Assembly: GCA_034780895.1 (NCBI GenBank)
Contig: JAUZTB010000017.1
Span: forward strand, 47,183,138 to 47,247,137
From: Rhynchobatus australiae
Lineage: Eukaryota
DNA length: 64,000 nt
Direction of reading: 5' to 3'
Part shown: positions 24,093 through 37,000 of the stretch, piece after piece
Position numbering within the stretch: the stretch's first letter is position 1
Layout: each line of letters begins with the position of its first letter
Program-made: the position numbers and the translations under genes
Notes under the pieces: generated by a model
Databases searched by the model: none
The model's input: only the letters and a program-made list of their open reading frames with translations
What the model was told of the DNA's origin: nothing

Positions 24093-25573
24093 TGTCACAA
24101 TGTTGAGCAAAGAACATGTCATGGTTCTGAGTTCTGGCCCTCAATTCAGCTCCTTTAATGCCTTGTTGTCCAGCACATGCATTCCATGCTGGACTGATTA
24201 CTCAACGACACATACCTGAGCCCCATTAGGGGCCTAGCTTAAATACTTGGGTTTCTCCAGCACTAGTTGCCAGAGTATTGGTCTACCTTTGGGTGTACTT
24301 TGGCTCCTAACTGCTAGCGTAGTCGACTCCAGAGCAGTCCTGTGTTCTCCATTCCTGTTTGTGGATCCAGTTCGTGCTGGGATTCCTCTTCAGATCTCCA
24401 AGGCAAGATTTCTTCCAGTCGGTGCCTGTCTTTGTCCTGAGGAAGTGTCCTGACTCCAGTCTTGCATCGGTATGCCGCATTTGGCTTCACTGCGAGCTCG
24501 CTCTTTGATCAACATTGTGATAGAATTACTCTGCCCTGCATGAACCCAGCGGACAGCAATCCCCTGTATGAAGCCCACCACCAACACCCCACCCCCGACC
24601 GGTGATGACTACCTAGTGTACACTGTCCGGAGTTTATTGGATGGACGCCACCGTGCCACCGTGGTAGGGGCCTGCACTACTCCCCCGATCTTTCATTTTG
24701 GACCCCTCCTTAATTCGGGACTTCCATAGCAACCATTCAGACAAGCCCGGTGGGACGCTGAGAGGCTCCCGTTGAGGGGAGGGGGGTGCTGTCATGGTTC
24801 TGAGTTCTGGCCCTCAATTTGGCCCCTTTAATGTCTTGTTGTCCAGCACATGCATTGCATGCTGGACTGATTACATAACGACACATACCTGAGCCCCGTT
24901 AGGGGCCTAGCGTAAGTATCATGGGTTTCTCTAGCACAAGTTGCGAGTGTATTGGTCTACCTTTGGGTTTACTTTGGCTCCTAGCTGCTGGTGTGATCTA
25001 CTCCAGAGCAGTCCAGTGTCATAAGATCCAGTTCGTGTAAGGATTCCTCTTCAGATCTCCAAGGCAAGATTCCTTCCAGTTGCTGCCAGTGTTTTGTCCT
25101 AAGGAAGTGTCCTGACTCCTGTCTTGTATCGGTGTGCGGCATTTGGGTTCTCTGCGAGATTGCTCTTTGATCAACTTTGTGAGAGAGCAACCTCACAGAG
25201 AACCCAAATGCGGCACACTGGTACAAGACTGGAGTCAGAATACTTCCTCAGGACCAAACACGGGCAGCAACTGGAAGGAATCTTGCCTCGAAGATTCGAA
25301 GTGGAGTCCCAACACAAACTGGATATTCGAAAAGTAACAGAGAACACAGGACTGCTCTAGACTCGACCAATCTAAGCAGTCAGGAGCCAAAGTATAGCCG
25401 AAGGTTGACCAATACTCTGGCAACTAGTGATAGAGAAACCCAGGTACTTATGCTAGGCCCCTGATGGGGCCCAGGTATGTGTCATTATGCAATCAGTCCA
25501 GCATGGAATCCATGTGCTGTACAACAAGGCATCTAAGGAAGAAAATCAAGGACCAGTACTCAGAATCATTACA
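24093..25573 (-). mobile_element. Inverted solo LTR (24093-24116 plus 25185-25573), split by a nested element of the same family
   Basis: Reverse-complement LTR sequence resumes after the insertion. Outer TSD CTAAT/CTATT. Confidence 0.8.
24117..25184 (+). mobile_element. Internally deleted (TRIM-like) chromovirus: LTR, about 270 bp internal, LTR
   Basis: LTRs at 24117-24522 and 24790-25184. Internal part has a gag-like start MNPAD, chromodomain remnants (YTVRSLLD; [11 protein letters not shown]) and a PPT GAGGGGAGGGGGG. TSD GAACA/GAGCA. Confidence 0.85.
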
Positions 25574-28500
25574 CTATTTCTGCAACGGATGTCCGAAGGT
25601 CTAATTCCCTTCTTGTTTGTCTGTGTTGGAATCTAAGTTTCGGTGACTAAGCAGACACTGCGCCATCTGATACCTCGAGACGCTGAAGTCACTTTTCCCT
25701 GAGCCATGTTCTGTCAAGCCCCTGGATGAAATGGTGACGACCTGCACTAGAATTATGATCTGCCTCAGTTAACTCGTGTGTAGCGACGAGTAGCCTGTTG
25801 CAACAAAGTCGAACATATATCATTGATACCACACAGTATGGGGGACAACGTTTATATACTCAGTCTTTCAGGATATTGTGGGCGTTCATTGACGCAATAA
25901 TGCCCTTGGAAATGATTGCGAAACTTTCTGTAAATTACTGGGTGATGGGAGAAGGAAGCAGCAAATGAATTCCGGCGCCAGCGACAATCTGAGATGAAAG
26001 TCCGAGGAATATAGTTCTTCAGGTGATCCCTCCTCTGAAGTGGATTTCGGGATCAATCCTAACAGGCATCAAATTTCGCTTGATATCATTTAGATTTTTG
26101 ACTGTTCTTGGCCAATTTTCGTCTCTAAAATCCACAGCAGCAGAGAGATTGCCCGGTTCCAACACATGGGATTCAAGAATAAGGACTTTCCTGTAACCAT
26201 CATATTTTTTAATCGTCCTGTGCAACCCAAATCCCAACACAGCAACTGAACAATACGGAACAGCTCCTGCGCTTTCACCGACGTTGCTAATCGTGTCTTG
26301 CCCCAATGTATTGTTTTGTGCGGTGTTTCCTACAGTCTAGTGTATCCTATGTAGAATTTGTGTGCTATTTATATCATGTGCGTTGTCTGAATCCACGTTC
26401 CTGTGATGCTACTGCAAACAAGATGTTAGTTGCAGCTGTACATTGCCGTATTTGCGTTTATGATATTCAATTTGAATAGAGAATTAACACTTAATCTGTG
26501 ATCCAAAAGGCTCTGCAATCCTGTGAAGGGCCCATGGATGCGCAACCAATTCGCTATATTGAGAGCAAACATTTGTTTCTGTTCAATTCGACCAGGTGGT
26601 CATTTTAACAAAATCTACAGTGATGGTTTCTCTCGACACAATGGACTTAGAGAAGCTGATGAAAGAACAGAAGGATGGAGAACGACAGGGAAAATGGCGG
26701 GAGAGACGAAATGATCAACCGAATTGATGGTCGTCCAAAGCAAAACGGGATGGTGGGAAAGTTAATGCAGATTGGATCGATAAGGCTGGAGAAAGCAAAC
26801 TGAGAACAGCAGATCACGAACTGAATTTGATGAACTCACCGTTATCTCCGGGCGGCTTAATTCCCCCGGCAGAACGAAAAGTTTTAGAACATGGATAGTT
26901 TCGCCACGAGAAATCCACAGTGATCACTCCTTCCCAATATTGCTTTGCAGAAATTGTACAAGGAATGGGCCTATTGCAATGCAAACAGAAATATATTCAA
27001 GTGGTTCCGGAACTGAAAACAGCCACCGTGCATCCTGGGTCCATCGCCCGTGTAGTGTCCTTCATAACACTGGATTTGGGGCCTTTTTCTGCAGATGAGA
27101 CTGGATGATGTGTGTCGGCCTCGGGCTCAGGACAAGCGAAAGACAAAGGGCGTCGCTCGGTGAAGAAATCAGGTGGACTGGGGAACAGACACAATGAACA
27201 CCATAGTTTTTTTTGTGCTGTTATATCTTCATAGGAATAAGAAGCAAGGGTAAGGAATTGCTCCCCGTGTATTTGTTTCCTCATTCAAAACAGCTCAACA
27301 ACTGATTCCTATTTCCTTTGAATAGAGTGTCCTAATTCAGCCTTGTCATTCGAGGCCCAAACACCCACAAACCTTACTGTCTGCATGCACTGCATTTTTC
27401 TGTACCTGTACTTGCAGAGATTATTCGACATTCTGGCATTGTGATTTGCCTTTGTATTCTCTCGGTGCACGTATATTTTGAAATGACCTGCGTGGAGGCA
27501 TGCAGAATAAAGCTTGTTCACCGTATCTTGCTGCGTGTGACAATAATACACAAAATTACCAACTGAATCGGATCATATCTCGATTCATGTTACGTTGGAA
27601 CTCCTGCAAGATGAAGTCTCGCTTAAGGTTGTTCTTTTCTCGATCACATTAACAACGTTTCATAACATATTTCTCCAGGTTCTTAGACACAGGCCACAGT
27701 TATTATGTGTATGATGTGTACTCAAAATATAAGACTTGCTCACTGCTTTCATTGTCACTATGACACTAGGGCGTTTCAGTTTACATATTGCACCAGTCCC
27801 CTGATGGGGCATTCTGAAGCCTCTGTTAATTTTACTCCTACGCCATTGTCATTATATTCGTTAAATTTCTGCTGTGCATTATATTGACTCCACGTCATCA
27901 TAAGAAGTCACAACACTATTCAGTCATTGTTCTGAGTGGTTTCTTTTTTTTTAAATCAAACCAGTTTCTAGAAACTTAGGTCCAAGATCTGCAAATATCC
28001 TATCGGTCCTCATTGCAACCATTCTGTCGCCTTCAAGTTTCATATTTGTTACCACGAAGTGATAGCACTGTTGAATTTGATCTCCTCCAAAATAACACAC
28101 TTCCATAGAAATAGCTTCTCCCTTTTGAACCTGGACCCAATCACGTTATTAAGCAGAGACGAACACATATTAGATCAAAACCACTGACAATTGGTAATGC
28201 TTCATGGCACACTTCTTCGTTATGCTCTTCGCAGTCACTCCTTATAATGTTACACCATTATTAATCCATTCCACAGGCGAGACTAACTCGATTCAATCTT
28301 CATCATGCAGCAGTCCCTCGAGCAACGGGCGGAGAACCGCTCAAGTCTTACTCGTCAATTTAACATTGGATGCATCCTTGGTTCATATTACACGAGTCAT
28401 TATTCCGCTCGGTGAAGATTCGGTTGACATTAAATTGGTCGCAGCAACATGGTTCAGTCTACTTCAATACTATACTGCTCTCTGATACGATAGCGAAAAT

Positions 28501-29504
28501 AACTGTTCACACCACAGTTCTCCAGTTTGCATCCAGTCCATTGACTTTTGATTTCACATTTTTAACGACTGCATGATGTAGCGGCTCGCTTCACCTTCAG
28601 TTAATCGTCAAAAAACAATGTTTGTTTCCTCCTTGTGACGTTGATCTCTTTGAGAACCTGCCATGTCACGATTCCTGTAAATCTAATCATGAAGACATGT
28701 TTCATGAAAAAAAACATGAATTGGAGTGTTATCCCGTTTGTAGCTCATCCGTGGTCATGCATTTAATTGAAACGTTTGCTTGTTTTAATTAGAGGACTGG
28801 TGATGAGACCAATCACTGTTGCAACCACATCTCTATTTCACCAAGTAAATTCTCTGCCTTACTTAAGCTAATCGCTGCATCATGATGTCATCCTCTCTTT
28901 ATGCGAGAGTAGCACTTGTCTCAGCACACTAAACACAATAAGTTTTGAATATGCACGTAAATTTCTACACTGGACAATACTTGGCTGAAGTCGCATGAGG
29001 TGTCTCCTCGGTTTATGTTACCATGAACTCAAGGAGTAATCCGGTGAACAATTGCAATGAAGATAAAGTGTAAAGGAGAGTGGAATGATATGAAGTGAAT
29101 TTTCTCAGAAGAAGAAAGCGGCTGCTGCAGATCTGGAACATAGACCGGGAACCGGGTTTCAGGAAACACAAGTGAATGTTTTACACAAGTTAAGTTTTTG
29201 ATATTCTCAATACGAAATAGCGACAACACGAGGAAATTAACAATTCCATTTAGTTTGTGCCTTGCTGTTTCACGGAGTGCTCAGCTTGTGTATATGTAAT
29301 GAGTGGTTTGCACTGATGAGTGAGATTACTCATTGTCACATGGGACAGAAATGTTCTTTGTGGAACCGTTAGTAATGCCCCTAGACGCTGATCTCATTGG
29401 CCCTGTGGACTTTCCCTCGCATTATAAGTTTGTCAGGATTTGACGTTCATTCTCGACTTCAGTCTTCCAGTTTCCAGCGGTGACGGAGGCTGCATTGAGG
29501 AGGA

Positions 29505-29574
29505 ATGGCCTGGCTTCTGGAATTGGTGTTAGAACCTTTTTCTTACCCAATTCTGGCAGCAATTGGAGTACCCG
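29505..29574 (+). CDS. GPR139-like orphan class A GPCR, coding exon 1 (MAWLLELVLEPFSYPILAAIGVP)
   Basis: ATG at 29505, YPILAAIGVP start of TM1, phase-1 donor G|gtatgt at 29574/29575 joining exon 2 in frame. Not in the supplied ORF track. Confidence 0.85.
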
Positions 29575-30567
29575 GTATGTCACTGATAGCTGGATGGTGG
29601 GACATACTAAAAAATAAACGATGTTGTTACTATCTGGATGATGCATAGTTCTTAATATAAAGAGGAAAGAAAGAAAATCTCTGCAGGTCAGGCAGCATCA
29701 TGGGAGAGATAAACTTCACCTGAACACGATCTGTCGCTGATGGTATCCAACTGTACTTTGCGGGACTCTCGGGTCTCACTGAGGGACAATGGCCACTTAC
29801 CTAGAGCGCTTAACCAAATCTATTTTCTTTTCATCGTGTTTGCGAACTCTACACGAGAAAGCGAAGCGTATTAATGAATGCTGGGTGAAGGGAAACACCA
29901 GACCACGTTGTCCTTTGTTACAATTTTAACCGTTAATCATCTATTTTCCAATAAGGTCTTTGATTGATTCAAGGTTATCCTCACACCCTCACACCTTGAC
30001 TTAGTTTCTCTCTCCGAAGTTGGTGCCGCTTTTCCAGGCATGCTATGATGTTTTTGACAACTCCGGATTCCTGGCAATTTGTTTTACTGGAAAAGTTTTG
30101 CTTTACCGTCTTTAAACGTGGATTAAACGTCATCTTCAACTTTATCCTTCGTAACGCATTTCCTCCTATTCAGAATCCATCACTTCAATGTCTTTGGAAG
30201 GGTTACGTTGGAACCCCTGGCCGGTGTGTGGCGTCTGTTGCCAGAGGAAATCACTGCCTGAAGCTTTGCCTTTGAAAGGGGAAGACAAACTGTAACAGCT
30301 AAATTTATAATTTCGTGCAAAGCGCATGTCCAATTATTAAAGTCCGAGAAAATGAAACTGCAGCTCCTGGAGATCTGCAATTATGGAAAACAAAATGTCG
30401 TAAACACTCAAATAAGTTGAATCAATGGAGAGGGAAAGGACGACTCGCATTCCAACATGCTGCCTGACCTTTTAAATGTTTCCAACATGTTCGTTTTCAT
30501 TTCGTTTAAGATGATTGTTCTTTTATCCTATAAATCCATGATAACTTCTTCTTTTATTCTCTCCCAG

Positions 30568-31472
30568 TGAACCTGATAGCGATTGCAATCCTGTCCCGCG
30601 GAAACTGCGGTCTCTCCAAATGTATCACATTTTATTTGTTGGCCATGGCAACGTCGGACATCTCGGTGATTGTCTTCGAGGTGATATTACACCAGGTTTC
30701 CGGTCTTTATTGGTCAGACTCCTTTCTGTTCTACACTCCCGTGTGCAAATTGATTCTCTTCCTGGCTCCCGTCGCCATAGACTGTTCTGTCTGGTTCACG
30801 GTCGCTTTCACCTTTGATCGCTTTGTTGCCATTTCTACTCAGAACCTGAAAAACGACTATTGCACCAAGAGAACCGCGGTTGTGGTTCTAGTGACGCTGA
30901 GTGCGCTCTTATGTTTAAAGAACCTTCCATGGCCCTTCGCTTACGTTGCCATTGATGTGTATAATAAAGGCATTTCGAGGAACTGTCGCATCTCGACACA
31001 CTTTTACACTCTGCCCGCATGGGTGGCATTTTCATGGACTGAACAGCTGTTAACCCCAGTGGTTCCATTCTGTTTGATTTTGCTCTTTAACACGCTCACT
31101 GTCAGACGCATATTATTTGCCAACCGTATCCGCAGGAGCCTTCGGGACCTCAGCAGTGTGGAGAAAGAAAGGGACCCTGAAATGGGGAAACGCAGACAGT
31201 CCATCATTCTACTCCTCGCAATCTCGAGTACCTTTATCCTGCTGTGGGTCACAACTGTCGCATATTTTATTTACTTTCAAAGTACAAAAGCCTTTAGACG
31301 CAGAACCTGGATCAGACCTCTTGCAGCAGTGGAAAGAATTGGGGTGATGCTTCAGCTTCTGAGCTCCTGCACAAATACAGCCATTTATGCCGTGACCCAG
31401 AGGAAGTTCAGAAAGCAGCTTCTCCAAGCGCCTAAATACCTCTTGACTGCACTTTACAAGTCAGTGAAATAA
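30568..31472 (+). CDS. GPR139-like orphan class A GPCR, coding exon 2 (324 aa in total)
   Basis: Acceptor ctcccag|TG. Encodes VNLIAIAILSRGNCGLSKCITFYLLAMATSD, CSVWFTVAFTFDRFVAI, LLTPVVPF, LQLLSSCTNTAIY. Seven hydrophobic helices, intact frame. Typical of the GPR139-like family expanded in cartilaginous fishes. Confidence 0.9.
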
Positions 31473-32925
31473 GATTTACCGTATTTCAAGTAATATCACA
31501 GCACGTCAGCCTGAACGCGACCAGTTGAACTTCATAGGTGCGCACAACCAATGGTCTTCTTTGCACATTCTGTTTGTTCCCAGAATTTTGGAGCGAAATG
31601 CGACAATACGCAGCGTCTTCTCGACAGTGGAACAGCCCCAACGTTATCCATTCCTGTTATTGCATTCAATATTTTTTTTTCACCCATGTCTCTTTAAAAG
31701 TAACTTCGAGTTGAGTTGCCTCGTGGCGAAAACACGGCATTGTTGCCTGGTATCTCCTTCCACTGGAACATCCCTGAATTTCCTGCTCGAGTTATTCATT
31801 CCGTTTCCAGTTTTGGTTTCCTCCGAATCCAGGCGACGGCGCATTCAGCTGCTAGAGTTGTAAAGCCTTGACTCTCCGACACACATCGCAGAGAGTTTCC
31901 TCATTTAAACACCATTGATCGCAATATCTCTAATGAATCGTTTGCCTATTTGACTGATTATCCACAGACGTGATCTAAAATTTTATTTTGTTTGATGTCC
32001 CTCCTGTGAAGAACGTTTGGAAATGTCGTGTTCATCAATAAAGCAGAATTTTAAGTTATCTTTTCTTTCCCTTCTGTTGAATTACTTGTTTTATTTTAAT
32101 TGGATCTGCGTTTTCAATGAAATTAATCAAGTTTTCAACAGATATCATTAAATGAATGCGCGCTGTTACTTCTCCAATTATATTTAGCCGTTCTTGTTGG
32201 AGAAACTCTGTAATTCCAGGAATAACCTTGTGAATCGCTTCTGGTTGCTTCCAATATGACTACAACTTTGAATCATTAAGGAGAACAAGATTACTCACAT
32301 TGAGCCAAGGGAAGGCTCATTAACACCATATACAATTGCAACAATGCTTCTTTATTTTAAATATCCTACATCCAATTTATGAATGCCAATATACAATTTG
32401 TCTTCTCACTAATTACCGTCCTTCCATGCGAAATATTTGCGTTTCATGCAGATTACTTGCATCAAAATCTGAGAGAATTTCGATTCTTAGACCGCAAATT
32501 TTACTCCGTTCTAAACGCCCTGAAACAATCTCAGTTTGAACCGGATGATGTACTTGAATCTCCAACAATAATTTCTCTCCATACCGCAGGAAATGTGCAA
32601 TTTGTTAAGAAGCAACACCACGGCATTGAGTTAACAGATTGCCTGCGTGGGAATGAATAGTTGAATTCGAAATGCAGATTTATTACATGAGGAAAGAAAA
32701 ATTCCGAGATGTTAACATTTCAGTTGGCCAAATTTTAACATCCCTATCCATTTAAACCCATTGAAGCAGAACAGCCTTCTCTGTGAAACATCTTGTGCCC
32801 AGTCGGGAACAGAAATCTTTGTCTGCTGCAGGATGACATATGGTGGCCTCCACATAGGTCATTGCAAAATTGGTTTTGAATATATTTATGTTTATTATGG
32901 TTGAATATAAACAGATGAATAAAAT

Positions 32926-33654
32926 CGTCATAGTTCTGATTCTGGCCCTCAATTTGGCTCCATTAATGCCTTGTTGTCCAGCACATAGATTCCATGCTGG
33001 ACTGATTACATAACAANNNNNNNNNNNNNNNNNNNNNNNNNNNNNNNNNNNNNNNNNNNNNNNNNNNNNNNNNNNNNNNNNNNNNNNNNNNNNNNNNNNN
33101 NNNNNNNNNNNNNNNNGATACGGTCCGGAGGAACGTTCCTGGGTTCCCCGCTCCTTCATTCTGGACCCCTCCCTAATTCGGGACTTCCATCAGTACCATC
33201 GAGACAAGCTCGGTGGGTCGCCGAGAAGCTCCCGTTGAGGGTGGGGTACTGTCATGGTTCTAAATTCTGGCCCTCAATTTGGCTGCATTTATGCCTTGTT
33301 GTTCAGCACATGGATTCCATGCCGGACTGATTACATAACAATACATACCTGACACCATCAGGGGCCTAGCATAAGTACCTGTGTTTCTCTAGCACTCGGT
33401 GCCAGAGTAATGGTCTACCTTTGGGTATACTTTGGCTCCTAGTTGCTTAGAGTGGTTTACTCCAGAGCAGCCCTGTGTTCTCTATTCCTCTGTGAAGATA
33501 CAGTTCGTGTTGGGATTCCTCTTCCGATCTCTGAGGCAAGATTCCTTCCAGTTTCTGCCTGTGTTTGTCCTGAAGAAGTATCCTGACTCCAGTCTTGTAT
33601 CGGTGTGCAGCATTTGGATTCTCTGTGAATTTGCTCTCGATCAACATTGTGACA
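32926..33654 (+). mobile_element. Two-LTR chromovirus element, interior hidden by an assembly gap
   Basis: 5' LTR start at 32926, chromodomain [27 protein letters not shown], 3' LTR at 33250-33654, TSD AAAAT on both sides. Confidence 0.85.
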
Positions 33655-33998
33655 AAAATAATATAAAAATATAAGAAGATCGGAAAACATATGTTCTAAT
33701 TCATAAATAACATCAAATACACAGAGACTTTCCATGTTAATATACACGGTGAATTCGAAATATAAATCTCCAAATCAAATGAGAGATTGGGATAATTTAT
33801 GATAACACAGTGTTCTTTGCGGTCGTATAGCACTGAGACTTGCTGTCTGCTGTTTTTCTCTGTGCTTCTTGGTATGAAACGAATTTGACATTGCACATAC
33901 TAAAATATATCTGTATCCGTAAAACCATAACTTTTCATGCATGAGGGAAGATTTCTCTTCTTTTTATTTCTGTCCGTCTCAAAGTGTTCCGTGCGCGC

Positions 33999-34001
<3 letters not shown>

Positions 34002-34061
<60 letters not shown>
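34002..34061. repeat. (CA)n microsatellite
   Basis: Direct reading. Confidence 0.95.
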
Positions 34062-34064
<3 letters not shown>

Positions 34065-37000
34065 TTCTTTCTCTATCGTACTGGCCCCTTTTTCCCTATA
34101 TTAGAGTATTAGTCTCATACTGCACTTGCTCTGTATCAAGGTGTCAAATGCTTTCAGGTTGCCTTTCAGTTCCTTCAAGACTGATGTTCAGCACTGCCCA
34201 AACACTTTCATCATGTATTTCATGTCCACTTCCGGGTAAAGTTCACACTGCCTCATCACAAGTAATATCACTGCCAATTATTGACTTCCTGCTTGTACAA
34301 AATACAAAAAATATACAATTTGGCGTACAAACTGACTTTGGACACAGAACTGCTTAAAGCGGCTTCAATAGATTTAACCAGTTTGAAACAAGGCGGGAAT
34401 TTGGTAGGGATTCCAGGAATGTCTTTTCAGACGATCCCATCAAACTACCCCATATAAGGTGTCAGTTAAGGTGCATGCAATAAAAATAATACAGAGAACA
34501 TCGTTCTGTCATCTGGGGGACAAATGAATTTGTAAGCAAATGGTCATTAACCTCTCCCCCAAATCACTTGTCAAAAATCAACAGATTGTGTTTATCGTCC
34601 CTGATTTACAGAGTCATGTCCCATTTGCCCTTTTCCATTAAGTACTGCAAATCTCAGTCAAAAATATGGTTAATTAATAAGGAAATAATTTCAACGCCAA
34701 TTCTGGTTCAAATAGATTTCCGATTTCACAATGGTACGCAACTACATCTTCCATATCAAGCAATAAAAACTGCAACGCAATACTAATACGATTACAATTG
34801 ATTAAGATAAAAACAGACTCCCCATATTAATTCACCTGAATTAGTATAATTTGGCCAGATGCACTGACATATATAGACCTACACGACAGAGGGAGGGTAA
34901 CATGCACAGTTGCAACCCTAAATGCTCAGGTGCGGTCAATTATGTCCTCAGGTAACAAACGCAGAAATAAATTGCATGAACACGCTTAAATAAATGCGCA
35001 TTCTTGTTCAAGCGTCATTAAGTTACAAACTTACATCAGACACTCCCCCCCAGCAAATCTGCTCTCATTTATGGCACCAACGTTGAAGAGTCCAAATCTT
35101 CATGCTCAGTACCCATATATTCCTGCACATTCTTAGAGACCAATGAAGAAATCAAATTTGAGATCAATAGTTTGATTCTATTGCCGGTATCAATCTTTAT
35201 GGTCTTACTGAACTCAGGTAGATATCAGCAGCTCGTTGGCCAAATATATTGCATATCCATTTGCTTTCTTCACAAATACTGAAGAAAATCGGAACTGCAA
35301 TGAATGCGCTGAATAGGATGTTATCTCAGTAAACACAGATAATGACGAATGCAAGAACCTTCAATGCAGATCCAGCTACTTTCGATAATTTTAAATTTCT
35401 AAATTACAATACCATGCCGACAGAAATAAGCCACATTTTGGACCAAACAAAAGAAAAGGTCAACTGTGAATCTGTCATCCCCACTGAATTCCAGAAGACA
35501 TCCGTCAGTCTGCGCACGGAGCGTTCGACCAATCTTTATGTGGCCGTGGAGAGAGATTTCTGGCAGGTGGCCTTGCTGTCGATGAATGAAGGGAAGATGC
35601 TGTCAATATGAACCGGAGCGCTGGCGCCCTCTGCTGCCTGTGAATAAATGGGAAAGGCAAGCAGATGGCAATCATTTTCATCCCATGTTGGAATGTTGTG
35701 AGGCCAACGGGCGGGATAAAGAAACCTTATCAACATTTGAAGAACTACTATCGTTTCCGCGATCCAAATGGGAGCAGGGTGCAAACGTCATGCAATGTCA
35801 TCTTAATGGGTAACAAATATTCACAGGACCAGACGGGATTAAAAGCCTTTTTTTTTTGCAATTTCCTGGAAATATGCCTTTCAAACTGGAAAGGAGATAA
35901 AACGTTTCAGCGAGCACATTGATGTATATAGAGAGCGTCCGGGAAAAAAAAAGGAACGGCCTAAAGCTGAGACAAACTAGGAATATGAACAAAAACTTCG
36001 GGCAGATCGGGCTGAACGTAGAGGGAGTCATGGAGTTCAGGATTCAGCAAGTTCACCCACATGAACTATCGCAGGCAGATTATGTTCACAAGATTCAAAA
36101 ATGTGTGCACGCCACCCATTTTAATGATTTCTACGTTGGTGACTGTTCAGGTGCCCACGTAAGACCTGCAAATGCTGTGGGATGTTAGGGTCGAGTCCAT
36201 TGTTGGTAAAAGTCAAAGTTGAGCTGAGTATCATGTGCGCAACTACAGGTCAGCACAGGTGCAGTGAAAATCTTACTCGCAGCAGCCTCACAGACAGAGA
36301 GCATCATATCAGTAGCATTCCAGTGAGACCTAAATTATGCACTAATTGTGCACATATTTTCCAAGGAAGAACACAATTTATGCAGTATGCATGCAAAAGA
36401 CTGCGTGTCCAGTCCATGTTAGTGCAACGTGGCCATCCAGTTGCCAAACAGCAGTGATTAAGGCTGATCCGATTGGTTCAAGAACGGAACATTGAAGGGA
36501 AGTAGAGGTTCCTGAACCTTGTGCGGTGGGACGTCAGGCTTATTCATCTGGAAACGGCAAGGAAACCCCACGTTCGCTGACATGGAACCTGGTCGAAAGC
36601 GCCGATTCCTGAGCACAAACCCGTCAGAGAGTCTGGTTGAACGTCTGTAACTTCATCTCTGCTATGGCGTCCATCCGTGGTCAAATGCCAATCCCTCCAC
36701 TTCCGCACTCCAACACTCATCTTCCTGCGTGCTTTAACAATGCAAACAACAATACTACCTTTCAAGCATCGCTTGATAGTTAGATTGTAATCGAATTCGC
36801 GCTTCTTTTTTTTTTGTTTTCTACAAAGTCGGTCGACAGCCGCTGCATTCATTGAAGCGAGATGCCGATGGAAGTTTTTATCTGAAGGGAATAAGGTCCA
36901 TATATAGGGATACTGCAGCGAAATGTTGCTGTCGTTCCAGGACAGTCATGGTCTTAAATTACCAGGGGTAAATGTCCAGATTCCCTACTGTGCAATTACA

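Noticed and set aside
26920-27108. Short ORF after a plausible splice acceptor
   Set aside because: No recognisable domain and no partner exons.
30190-30225. J-like VFGRVT string
   Set aside because: No second Gly and no RSS, and it lies in the GPCR intron.
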